A stretch of 61,568 nucleotides of DNA, filler included, from Choristocarpus tenellus KU-1152 (taxonomy: Eukaryota > Protista > Phaeophyceae), in NCBI GenBank assembly GCA_964200185.2. It is 12 parts of 12 records of this genome, joined end to end, with 100 filler letters (N's around TTAATTAATTAA, not from the genome) between each part and the next. Parts side by side here need not be neighbours in the genome. Positions count along the whole stretch, not along the records: positions 9,150 to 13,793 come from CAXNAD020013653.1; positions 13,894 to 25,646 come from CAXNAD020002157.1; 10 more parts are not named here. The stretch is one strand, 5' to 3'. The first letter of the stretch is position 1. Every line of letters begins with the position of its first letter. The notes beneath the pieces were generated by a model. The model did no database searches. It worked only from the letters and a program-made list of their open reading frames with translations, and was not told where the DNA came from. The translations under genes and the position numbers were made by a program. This document shows positions 11,732-23,642 of the stretch, one piece after another.

Positions 11732-11984
11732 GACCCAAAGTAAACAAGAGGTACCCAGTTTTTGATCGTTTTGCATCATTAGACAGTTTTTCAATTTTTT
11801 TCAATTGACCCATAGTTTATGGATGGTGTGCTAAATGTGACTTGAGAGGGTTGATTTCTCTACCGAAATTTATCGACACTATTCTAAAAATATGCGATAA
11901 ACACATTTGAAAAAAGTTGAATTTTACATGTAATTGCCAGCATCCTTAAAATGCAACCCTGGGTACCTCTCGTTCACTTGACTC
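11732..11984. mobile_element. MITE family B (253 bp), 4-bp TSD AATT
   Basis: GACCCAAAGTAAACAAGAGGTACCCAG...CTGGGTACCTCTCGTTCACTTGACTC, with AATT at 11728-11731 and 11985-11988. Confidence 0.9.
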
Positions 11985-12239
11985 AATTGTCAACACTATC
12001 ACTACTACTATTACTAGGCAAGACTCCAGGTAGTGGAAGGTTTAATTAATGCTTTAAAACTCCCTTCTCTTCCAAGCAACTACCTTTAGAGAAAAAAAAT
12101 ATAACGAGAGTAAGACATACTCAGCAGAAATCCCATGCATACAACTTTATAATGTGCAGTGTATAAATGTCACTCTTCCTCTGTTTACAATACATAAGCT
12201 CTCATTTCACTCTCAGTAAGGTACACCTACTCAAAAGCT

Positions 12240-12830
12240 GTCCTGGTGCATCCAACCTCACATCATCAGATGTGGAACCACACAAAGGCTTGGCTTATCT
12301 TCTATGATATCTTCACAATTTCGAGTGAGATGGGGACATGGGTTCCTTGCATGACATCTCTCTTAAAACTTTTAATGTTACTATTGTATAGAGAACTAAA
12401 CATTGAAATTAATATACTTAATATATTCTTGCACTTCAGGTCATGCCACCATAGCAGTTACAAAGCCTCTCAACAACACACCTGCCTATCCAACAAAAAC
12501 CTCAGGTCAATAGAGCAGTATGATAGGCTCAGGCATGCCCCTCACGTGTACAACCAGAAAGTTTCTTAATGGCATGATCAATGGAGTACAAATAAGACTA
12601 CATCTCTGGAGAGATGGACAGAGAGACAAGGTAGCACCATTTTACCTAGTACTGCATTACTTGAGCAGGAAGTAAGAATGTCATGGTTGAGAGCAAAGAA
12701 CGAACAAGCCCTCGAGACTAGGGAATTCACACATGTGACTAGTTTTGCGGCATCAGTCTTCTCATTTTTTGGACAATATCTACATGCTGTTGGTCTCTCC
12801 AACAGCATCATCATCAGCAATTTGGCTGTG
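12240..12830 (-). pseudogene. Ty1/copia reverse transcriptase relic
   Basis: RPTACRYCPKNEKTDAAKLVTCVNSLVSRACS matches the RVT_2 start 'K.IGCRWVFK.K.D..G.V.RYKARLVA.G.S'. Many stops and strong CpG loss. Confidence 0.55.
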
Positions 12831-13415
12831 GTTCAGTGGGTGACACGGTAGGACCAAGCAAGAAATCAAGAAATAATTTATTCCAGTTGGGGTACATATC
12901 TATATATCATGTTGCTTTCCCCACTAACAGCATTCTAGTACTTGGAGATTGGGAACTTATGGGAGCAGTTTGTGGACCACACAAAGACCCCATATTTCAA
13001 ACATTGATCACCATTCCTATCTTGCCCTCTACAATAGTAGTAATTGCAAGACCCCTCACTATGATATCATGGCACCCCAGGCCATGCACCTATTGACCAA
13101 GGTTAACGTTGTTGTACACATTTGAGCTCACTGGTGCAAACAAAACAAGACCAAGTTAATCAATTAGGGTTTCTTTTTACAACATCAATGTGTGCCACAT
13201 AATCTATGGGTACCAACTATTAGTATTTGAATTTCATGCCTTCCTACTGTCCTGAACTGATCCTACCCTAGTAATATCAATTTTATATTTCAAAATTGGA
13301 GGTTAGGGGTTTAAGCCACCGCTCTATCACACAGCTGGTGCCCTATTCTCACTATCTCCTGAGCTTGGCAACAGTTTGTACCCCCCCCCAAACTGCCACA
13401 AAAAGAGAGCCTCTA

Positions 13416-13793
13416 TCACTCTACATGCATTGGACTCCCAGCTACAATATGTGGCTCCTTTGAAAGCAACTCTGTGCTCCCACCTGCAGCATCCTTCTCA
13501 AGCACAACCCCATCCCCTGCCATTCCCTTTTGTGCTGTGGTGGTTTCTGTACCCTCCCCCACATCCCCCACAGCATCAACTGCCACAGTCAAGGCTGATG
13601 GCGTTGCCACCACGGTGCCATTGCCACCCTGCTCGCCGTTGCTACTGTGACTCCTCTCCTCGGTCCTGCCACTTCCATTGCCCTTGCCAATGCCACTTGC
13701 AACACTGCCACCTCCACCCTCTCCCCCATTATTCTCTCCGCCTGTATCATTCTTACTACTGTTATTGGTGCCCTCGAGACAATCTTCTGTACC
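13416..13793 (-). CDS. Possible terminal exon of a low-complexity Gly/Ser-rich protein (5' part beyond the contig end)
   Basis: Frame is open from the contig edge to the stop at 13416 (…GGENNGGEGGGGSVASG…PMHVE*). No domain recognised. Confidence 0.3.
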   Translation of the reverse strand, partial: GTEDCLEGTNNSSKNDTGGENNGGEGGGGSVASGIGKGNGSGRTEERSHSSNGEQGGNGTVVATPSALTVAVDAVGDVGEGTETTTAQKGMAGDGVVLEKDAAGGSTELLSKEPHIVAGSPMHVE

Positions 13794-14539
13794 NNNNNNN
13801 NNNNNNNNNNNNNNNNNNNNNNNNNNNNNNNNNNNNNTTAATTAATTAANNNNNNNNNNNNNNNNNNNNNNNNNNNNNNNNNNNNNNNNNNNNGGCAGGC
13901 GGAAGCAGAGTGACATGCCTCAAAAACATTTCACTCTCCTGTTTGCAAGTGATAAGCTCAATCTACCTCTATATCACCACCCCGATGGTGTTTAACACCT
14001 TCACCTGCCTTGATATTTCAATTTGAGTGCTTCTTACCCCATCCCCACCTCTGTGACCCACTTCTCCCCCAACACTTTTTTTGCCAGGCCTGGACAGACA
14101 GCAAACGCCCGTTATCAGGGTGGGGGGCGAGCCTTCAGTGCCAGGGGCAGGGGTTCATTTGGTGGTAGGGGTTCTGGAAACTACATCAGAGAGAGGCGTG
14201 ACATGGGTGTTGGCCCCCGCCGTTAAGCGCCTTGGCCGTAGTTGGGCTGGTTGCTGCATGGGTAGGTGGGGTCTGTTACCCACTTTTGACTGCAGGGTGA
14301 GATAGGACGGGTATGGGGGAAAGGTGATAAGGATGTTGGGTTCTCTTCGTGGTGAAGATGGAGGATGTGAAGTACGTCTCCCTGATAGGAGAGAGAAGGG
14401 AGGAGGGCTGTTGCCCTCTTGCATTGCCAGCCTTGAGTGATCTTGTCTGCTGTGTGGAGAATCCTTGCAAGTATGTAGTGTTTTTGTTGGTGGGATGGGA
14501 ATACGTTGGGTTAGCTATTAGAGTGATGTTGATGGGAAA

Positions 14540-14960
14540 CGATTTAGGTGGTAAGAGGTGCTAGGTTTGGTGGTTGATTGCATGGAAGTTTGTGCTTTTG
14601 CTTGCTTGGTCAGAGAGGTTTACCGAGTGACTTGCGGAGTGGATGTGGTTGGCCCTTACTATACCAGTCTCATTCATTGCTTTCTGGATGATCCTCTTGG
14701 CAAGGTGGTGTACTTTGGTTAAATTATTGATCAAATTTGCTTAGCTTTGGTGTGAGATTTGTCAGTTGCATGTGTTTGGTGTGTGTGTTTTGTTCATGAC
14801 AAAAAAAGGTTTGCATTGACTGGCTTTGTCTAGAGTGCATTGAGGATACATCATCAGGTTGGTGGTGGTGGTGTGCAGGGCAGGGAGGAGGTTTATTGGA
14901 GTTGGGCATGCAATGAATTTAGCAGATGAGTGATGTACAGTAGTGACTAGATCACACTGT
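14540..14960 (-). pseudogene. Ty1/copia RNase H relic
   Basis: VTTVHHSSAKFIA resembles 'TVA.SSTEAEYIA', and HHLAKRI…ETGIVRANHIHSASHSVNL resembles 'HI..R….G.V…HV.S..N.AD'. Confidence 0.4.
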
Positions 14961-17513
14961 CTACATACAGTATTGTTGCCATCCTTAGTCTCAGAAGTTC
15001 ACGGTGACAAATTGGAATGTGTGCGTGTAATTCAGGTGTACTGTACCTTTTTTTGACAAATGGTGCGTATGCGACAAATTCATCATCCATCACTGTTTTG
15101 TTTTTATTGGGTGGGGTGTCACTCATGTATCGTCCATAGTCTACAGGGCTTTTAATCAGTCCAGGCAATTGCTAAGGTATTGGTCCATAAATCAGAAAGG
15201 TTCCAATGTTCTCTGATGTGGCCAAGTTACCTGCTCCACTAAGCATAGGAACCTGTCAGTCCATGGGCTAGAAATTAGTTTCTGGCATGTCCAGATCAGA
15301 TTTAGCTTTAGAACTAGTCCAGGCTGCAACCCGTTTTTTTTTCAAGATAAGAACCTGTCTGAATCAGGATTGTCAGAATTGTGTCCTGGCCAACCTGGGT
15401 TTAGCCTGTGGCCACACTGAAGCATGGATATTATGTGAACCCAGTCTGTTTGTAGTATATTGTAGTAAATAGCGAGTAGAATTGGGTGACTGGAAGATAT
15501 ATTAGGACAAAAAAATGGTTGTTAGGCTGAATTTAGGAAAAGTTGAGACGTGTGTTCATCAGACGGGACAGGTAACCTCTGCCCTTCCTCCATGGCCATC
15601 TACCATTCCAACGTTTTGGGTGTGACTTGACTGTCCCTCCGCTATTAACATGTTACACCAGGGTGGGTCCATGGCCGTCAAAATTTCCCGGCTGATCAAA
15701 AGCTCTATCTTGCTGGAGTGACTGGCACAGTTTGGAGATGGATTTTTTCTTGACATATGAATCGCTTATGAAACATGTGCTGAGGGCAGAGAGTAAGCTT
15801 TATTCTGGACTCCTGAGTCATACGAACATGTGTGGGCCAGTCTATGCAGGACGAGTGTGCCTTCCAAAAGGATTACCTGACCGATAGGGTTAATTCAGGA
15901 CTTGAGTGAGAGTAGTTAATGATGCGATTAAAGGCAAGTGCCTTGAAGGAGAGGCTCAACTTGACCGATTGGATCATTTTTCACATTAGTATTGATATCA
16001 TGACTCTTGCGCGTCCTTAGGTATCAATAGGTGTGTACAGTTTTCTTTGTTGCACTCCTTGCGAAACAGACCTCATCTAGCACTACTAATGCATGAATCG
16101 TCTGTTTTGAAGGGCTTCTTCTGTGCAGCACTTCTTGCACATGGGAAGTATCAATTAGTAGTGGGAACAATACACAGTGTCACTGGAAGGCCCAAATGTG
16201 ATGAGGTTACATTGCAAGTATGAGGTGGTTACAGTCTGCCGGGCACATTACTGACCGCTATGTAGCAACATGAGAAGTGCAACCTCGTCTTCCTGTGTGT
16301 CGACACTTGTCCCTCTAGGTAGTACTAACCAAAGGTCTGGCAGGTGTACAGCAAAAGGCTATCAAAGGAAACCCCTATCCGTGCAACGAAACGGAACTAC
16401 ATCCACTCAGATCTCCAGGGGCACGTAGGAGACAGGCAGTCCACACCATTCTTCTCACTGTGCTCTCCACCCATCAAACAGGTGCTTGTAACATTGATGA
16501 TGATGAGATTGGGTATCTCATGAACTCACAGCTGTGGAATATTTCAATTCCGTTGGGCACCATGGTTCTTTGTCACTACTAGCGATCCAAACTTTGCCAT
16601 GAATTGTTTTAAAATCAGGAGATTTTCTCCCAAAGTCATGCTCTTGTTGGACATGAAGTGCTGACCAGTTACTTTTGTGCTTGTTAATTGGCGTATTGTT
16701 TAGATACTGAGTATTATGAGGTAATCTCAACGTCCTTTGTATTATAAATTATTGAATCCTGCACTCATCAAGTATTATCATTACATCGGATTGTGCACAT
16801 AGCTTTGATTTTTCGATTGTCCCATACCAAACACAGTACACAATTACAATATCATTACCAATACTTCAGAACATTTAAAAACATTTTTTAACACCTGGAC
16901 AACCATACCAACCACCTCTTCGCTCTCTCAGCCCACAAGAGTCAACGCACCAGGCAAGGCCTATGAAGGAGGGGAGAGCACCAGTCGACTCAAGTGACAA
17001 GTAACAAACATCAACCATGGTTCAGGGGATTTAATCCCCCACGCAAGCCAGGTAGATGTGCATCAATTCGGCAAACAATGCCGCAGTGGCTGGTCCCCAC
17101 CCAAATTGGGCATTCATTACAACCCTAACCCTAACCCTAAGTACAATTTGTCACATCACACCACCAACATGACCTGTGATTCTACTCGCCGAATTTCAGC
17201 TGTGACTGTTCCCTCACTACCACTCAACACAATCGTCCGAGGGCTCTTCTTCATAAGCACCGACCCCACAGAGCAATAAGAAACAACCAAATGGAACTAT
17301 TTAAATCCACGTATAGGACAATACCCATGGCCTACCCTCACTTACGACCATGTGCAACAGACAAGGTACAATCCTACCTCAAGAGATTCAACAGAGCAAA
17401 GATAAAACAGGGGAAAACACACCAGAACACTCAAAGTACAACACAAAATGCAGAGACAACGTAGACACAAGCTTTCTTATTTATCCTCCTCATCCTCCTC
17501 TCCATCAGCGCAG

Positions 17514-20375
17514 TCATGTGCCCTGGCTGTTACCCTGTTGTCCCGTGGCAGTCACAGCTAAAGACAAATCCTCCTGCTCCGCTGCACCCCCCGTGTCCCC
17601 AACCCTGGCAAGGTCAGCCAAACTTCTAAATTCCTTCCATCGCTTGGCCTTGGACGGCTCCCCACCAGCAGATTCTGTAAAATGACTCTTCATAAAAGCT
17701 GAGTCTGACACACTACTTTCACCAGTGTGGACTAGAACAGGGACGAATGGAGCAACCTCATCTAACAGGACAGTCGACCCTGGTGGAATTCGAAGGGGGT
17801 CAGGCGTTGAGGAAAAAGTGATGCACTATTGCAGTATCTGCATTTGGTATACTCTTGAACCACTTCGAAGATGGGAAGTGAGATAGGGTCTGGTCAGAAA
17901 CTCAAAAGAATGAACAAGATAAATCGGTTCTGTGCACATACACACCCAACACCTCGAACACCGCCCGATGGCGATGAGAGGAGGTGGGGATTCCCTACCA
18001 TCCAGAGGACTGTTTTTGGTGATTAGACACGCTCGTTCCGATGTGTTCACACGTGTAACGTCAGCAGGAACAAGTGATGATCACTACTACATTGAACTGA
18101 ACCGAACCTGACGGTCTGACGTGGTTCAAGAAACGCCTTTCAAGACACACACACACACAAAAAGAAAAATGTAGTTTTTTTTAACGAATCCGCCCAAAAC
18201 ATCAACTCGATGCAATACTTGTATTTGTATTTTGAGTCCTGCTGTCGGACATGAATCGGAACCAAAACGAACCGTACTGCGTGTTGTGGCAACCGACGTT
18301 CAGAATGGCCTTAAACCTCACCTCCAATGTGCAGATGCGATCGGAGCTGACGGATGACGGCAACCAGTCCAACATGTGATGAACAAAACAAAAACCTCTT
18401 CGGAACCGTGCGCACAGCGCAGCGATTGCCGTACAAAGCAAGCACGGGCAAGCCGGCCACGGTAGTGGGAAGGAAACGTTGAGCGGAGCCGCCGGTGTGG
18501 GGCAAGGTTGGTGGAAGGTAGACCAAGGGCAACAATACCCAAGTTGAAGACTCAAGGGGCGAGTTAGAAGACCGCTGCAGCTGAAATGACTCGAGATCAC
18601 AGCGAGGTGACATGCGACCGTTACTTGGCTGAACAAACCACTGTATTCTTGTCATGGTACCTTTCTATGATAGAGAGGTGTATGTGAGGGGTGCTAAGGG
18701 TACGGCAATCACAGATGCACTTGCTGAACATTCTACAAACAAGCAAATCAGGTGTTCTTTACGTGTTCTGGAACCCCTTCAGTCGCAGCACTGTTGATAG
18801 CAATGAGCCCGCTGCTCTTGGCCAGACATTGTACCTCCCTCTCCTCCTCATCACTTTCCACCCATGCCACCAAGTAGACAGGACACACCTGGAACCCCCC
18901 ACAAATGTATACATACACATACACGATACACCCAACCACAAGGAAAATTTATCGTGTGTGTGTGTGAAGGTCAAGGTGGACAGAGGTGATTAAAAACTTT
19001 GACATCACTAGCACAAAACAGACATAGCTGAACCAGACTGTTTTCATGCTTGTATGAGCACCAACAAAGGAGCATTCAAACTTTCAATGATTTTCTTTTT
19101 TTCCCCTTGCTCTTGTCAACCTTTTCCCCTTTGTTACGTGAAACCCCTATATTCATTGTCAACTGTGTGGCGCGTTTGGTGTAACATCAGACCTCAAAGA
19201 ACTTCACTACAAACAGGTCAAGAAACACACTCATTGCTTTCATTTTTTTTCCTGTTCACAACAGTACAAGGTCAGCCACAGAGGTAGAACAATCCTTCGT
19301 GCAAAGTTGATTAAACCAATCTATGGGACTTCAGGTTGAGGCCCCTCAGAACACAAGACACCACTTCCTCGTGAAAGTGAGTCTGGCAGGATTAGTCAAT
19401 CAAAACATATCTTGGTCTGAACGAAATACAGCTGTCGTCCTAAAATGCGAGTCGCCAAGGAGATTCATTTTGAAGAACCAACAAAGCCGATACCATGGAT
19501 ATCTTCCTGCGCAACCTGGTCTCACTTCCTACCATATATTTTCCATTGCCAACATGGAGAAGAGGTGACATTGCGGTTCGTGTCCAAGACACTTTCATAC
19601 CCAACAGTGCTATCCACCCTTAGCTAAACACGTTCGACAAAGCAAGACACAACGAAGGAAATTAGTGAAAGGACGCACTTTGACATCAATGCATGAGGGA
19701 ACGGCGTGGGTCGGATTGAACACCATGCGACCGTGTCACTCGAATAAAAGGATAGACCTACACTGCACCTGTTCGAGTAATGCTAAGGCCTTTAATGCAG
19801 AGTCAATGGGCGACCATTGACCGTTGATGCGGCGAAAAATGACCTGATATGCCCGAAACACAGTCAAGGAGGCAAAGCCGATGGCAACACACGAAGAGAT
19901 CGAGTGGATCGGGCAAGGCGGAGGTCGCCGATTTTAGATACATACACACGAGCTTGGAGAATAAGTTAGATGTGTAAGTACCATCTCGCTTACAGTCAAT
20001 GGGCTTCAGTGGGTCCAATCATGCAGATTGCTTTGCGAGATATCGTCTCACATCATTGACAAAGACTGTGATCGTGGAGTTTCGTCTCAGTCCGAAACTC
20101 GAAGAAAATATTTGAGCTTCCTCAGATAGAGGTTTCGACGAATTCTTCTTCTCCTTGGATAAAGAAGAGGTCCCGAAGGAGCCTTGTGATTGTGGCGAGT
20201 GATTCTCCTGGAGAAAAGGTTTGGGAGAGGTTGATTTGGCGAGGGGGAACTGAAGTGCACACAATGAGCGCGAGTCAATAACAAACACAGGGGACAATAC
20301 CTTCCAACCAGTGATTAGCAAAACGATAATGGCGGCGATAAAAATCAGCACCCACGGTGGGAAAATGTTCTCCAT
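17514..20375 (-). CDS. PEX22: Plant-type peroxisome biogenesis protein 22 (6 exons, about 257 aa)
   Basis: Exons 20375-20301, 20207-20052, 19843-19769, 18888-18763, 18397-18322 and 17779-17514, all GT-AG and phase-consistent. N-terminal TM segment (WVLIFIAAIIVLLITGW). VYLVAWVESDEEEREV..LAKSSGL…RFLFCSSHVGLVAVIRQLRSHLHIG…LLDEVAPFVP aligns with recalled plant PEX22 'LYLMERVLDDESE.KVL.ALE.AG…KVLFCSTE.GR.SFVRQLEPDWHID…QLARFI'. Confidence 0.8.
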
Positions 20376-20631
20376 GCGTCTTCCTTGTTGTGTTGTAGCA
20401 GTGTTAGTTTGTGAGGTTTGTAGAAGGAAGTTTGACTATGTTTCAATTATATTTCACAGGAAAAGGTACTTCCTACCCTACAGTAGTCAATAATAGGTAC
20501 ATGCTCATATTATATTAGAGGTACAAATATTCAAAGTATCTACTACTTTTTAGTAGTATTTCCTCTGTCTCCTAACACAACACAGAGACTTGGTGCCCTT
20601 TACGAAAACGTTTTCTTCAACCCAAAGCCTA
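20376..20631. promoter_or_regulatory. Probable bidirectional promoter region
   Basis: 256-bp AT-rich gap between divergent start codons (PEX22 ATG at 20375 on minus, plastid gene ATG at 20632 on plus). Function is inferred from position only. Confidence 0.5.
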
Positions 20632-22388
20632 ATGCATCTCCATGGTGCAGAGCTGACTTTTCTTTGCATTTTTGTCGCTGTTGCTAGACCAATAGCAGCA
20701 TTCCAGGTTCGATCTCCTCTGTTTCGTGTCGACTCATGTTCGGTAGTGGATGCATTCCACTGCTCTCGTGTAAGGGCATCGACTTTCCAACGATTGCAAA
20801 AATCGCTCAATGGAATGATACCCGCGATGGAAACTTCGAGAAGAGGTCATAGAGAAGAAGTGGGGGAAGGAGAGTGTGATATCTACACATTAGCAGACCT
20901 CGATAAGTTCTCTTCCCCTTGGGGCATCACCTTACATTACTCTAACACGCTCAATGTTTACCGCATCGAGGCGCGCCGACAAAGCGGGGAGGTTGCTGGG
21001 TACACCACCGGTTTTCATTATGGAAATCTTCTACACCTCGACACGATGCAGGTAAGGAGGGCCTGATGGGAGGAATGAATGATTTTTTGGGGGTGCTTTC
21101 GGTCGTGTTTGTGTTTCATACTCTACCTGCTGAAGGTGATCTATCATTTCTGTCGGTATAGGAACATATCCGTCAGTTCCATGCAATATCTCTCTTATAT
21201 TTCTGGTGTGATCATCCTGAATTCATTCCTCATCCGTTGTGCCCCACCCTGTTACAAATACACAACATATGTCATCTGTAGTAGTTAGTGCCCCATCAAA
21301 ATGGACCAATCCAAGGGACTAAAAATATAAAACTTGAGCAACACCTTCAACAAATTCTGCAACAGCTCGCAGAACCTGTACCGATTCGGCCATCACAATG
21401 TCCGTCTTTCCATAGCTTGAACATGAGTGTGCCATCATATCTGCACTCTCACCTCCTGTGTATCTCTTTTTTCCCTCATTGGATCCCCGTGTTGGGTGCA
21501 ACCTTCGTAAGGTTATCTTATTTCCGTTAGCAAATCCCCCAGTTCCCCATTGAATTAATCCCAAATCACCAAACATTTGATAGAGTTGTTAACTAAATTC
21601 TTCACTCTCCTGCTGCGTCGCCACTCGCCCCAAAGACCCAAAGGAAGTCATCTGCGTATGCCCCAGGCGCGCCTAACGCACCCCCACCAGACAGGGACAT
21701 CCCATGGATCGCCCGGTCAGAATCCGGGTTCCAGCTTGGGGCAGTGTTGGGGTGTGCAGCTTTACGATATGGTTGGGAGCGAGGGGCAAGGCGAGTTGAA
21801 CTTCTGGCAATCAAAGATTTACAAAATCAACATCGCAGGTGAGGAATCAGGAGCACACTACTTGCTGTGGGACATGGAGCACAGTTAAAGACTACCTGGG
21901 TGGAGAATACTGGAATGACTCTTATCAGCAATAGAGGGCCGTGGCCAGGTGGTTCAGAAATTGCTGACGAAGCATTAACAAGTATTTTTCATAGTCATGT
22001 TCTTCTATCCTCCACCTGCTTCAGCATTTTTTTCTCGATTTTTACTTGCCCAACCCGTGTCTTTGCCTTAACAATTTGACACCGCCTTGCTCTCTGAATC
22101 TTTTCCTGCCTGTATCCCTTCGTACGTATCTCATGTGTGCTGGGTGATCTATGCCTATCGCCTTCCAGGTTGGTTCGATACTACCGTATGGCTGGATTTA
22201 GAGAGGTGCGTGAGGTGGGTGATGATCTGGAGAGTTTCAAGGATCGGCTTGTGTGGGGGGGCGTTGGGACACTGATGGAAGCCAATGTTGAAAAATTCAT
22301 GGGGCGTTGGACACCTGTTATCCATGGCGGTGCTACCTCCATGGGCAGCAAGGATCATACTCCTACAACAACCACATCTGGTGCATGA
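20632..22388 (+). CDS. Plastid-targeted GNAT-like conserved protein (3 exons, about 280 aa)
   Basis: Exons 20632-21051, 21636-21838 and 22169-22388, GT-AG and in phase. Signal peptide ends …ARPIAA/F (ASAF-type) and is followed by an S/R-rich transit region. Core motifs LHLDTMQ, GCAALRYGWERGARRVELLAIKD and RLVRYYRMAGFREVREV…DRLVWGGVGTLM match an uncharacterised cyanobacterial/plant GNAT-like family. Confidence 0.8.
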
Positions 22389-23642
22389 AAGTATGTAAGA
22401 TGATGTCATCACTTTCATTGTGCCTCCTAGACAAGATGCCTGATTGGTGGTATGTAAGAAGATGTGATCTAAGGAGGGAATGCAAATGTGGACAGTTTAT
22501 TTTCTATTTTTTTTTGTCATCCTGTCTCTTCTGTGACCAATCAAAGATCCCCACAAAAATGTAACTTCAAGGGTTTGCAGGTTGGTGTGATCATAAGAAT
22601 TGAAACGTTAACAATACGAACAAAACCCATCACTTGTCGGTTCCTTTCACAGTCACACTGTACAGCAGACTACATCGTTTTCTCTATGTACTTTCCTGGA
22701 TCTGAGTCTGCCCTGGCGTATCATTAATCCCTTGAGACTATGGTTCAGTAGTGGTGCTGAGAGGTCCAATGTATTACGAATGATCACCCAGAGTCGCCTT
22801 CAAAGCACTTTCAATTATTGTATGTTCTCATAGATAGCATTTCTTGTTTCCAATAGATGCAATTTAGCCGTGGTAAATTGAAATTATATGCATGAATGAT
22901 CAGGTACAAGTTATTAATAGAACGACTAGCACTAGAGCAAGAAGTGCAATTTTTAATACGTTGAAGGACACAAAAGCATTATCAAAGGGGTGAAAGACAA
23001 TCTCTTCCAGGACATGATTACTAATGTATGAAGTCTCTCCATTGTACACGAGGTTAAAAAACCCAAAAAAACCCAGCACTACATACAAGGAATGTGTCAG
23101 ACAAGGAGATGCCAAGAAAAGATTGTACGGATAAGCTCCCATTAATGCATCCTTTGCAACCCGAAATACACATGACTCTCGCCACAGGTGTGCATTATGC
23201 ATCTGCGCTGCTGTGTTACAACACTTAGTTTCTCACCAGCCCAACGGTATATAATTTAGTGTTCTTTGCTACTCAGATGTTACTACTACAGATAATATAA
23301 GGCAAAAAATACCTCGACAGAAGCATGTAACCACGACGTTACAAATTCACACTCTTGGTAGGACAGGCATGTTGGAACACACAACGAGGGGATATTTCAA
23401 TAAATAAATAAATAAATAAAATGTGCACCTTCCAGTGAAAGATGTGGACACACTTGTACACGGTATTTGTTGGCTGCCAGTGCCACCTCCTGGAAAGGCA
23501 AACACTGCCAACAGCAGAACAATTCACCCGCAGATGGAGCTTGAGAAAGCAATTTTCACAATACAAGCACGAGTCTACAATCGAAAATACATCATTGGCA
23601 TCTCCTACCCCCACAGCTCCTTGCTCTTCCCCATTACCGTAA

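Noticed and set aside
17020-17075. tRNA or tRNA-derived SINE head on the minus strand (ggggattaaatcccc)
   Set aside because: The A/B boxes are too degenerate, there is no cloverleaf, and only one copy is in the window.
17121-17140. True telomere
   Set aside because: Only about 3 CCCTAA units and internal to a contig, so interstitial.
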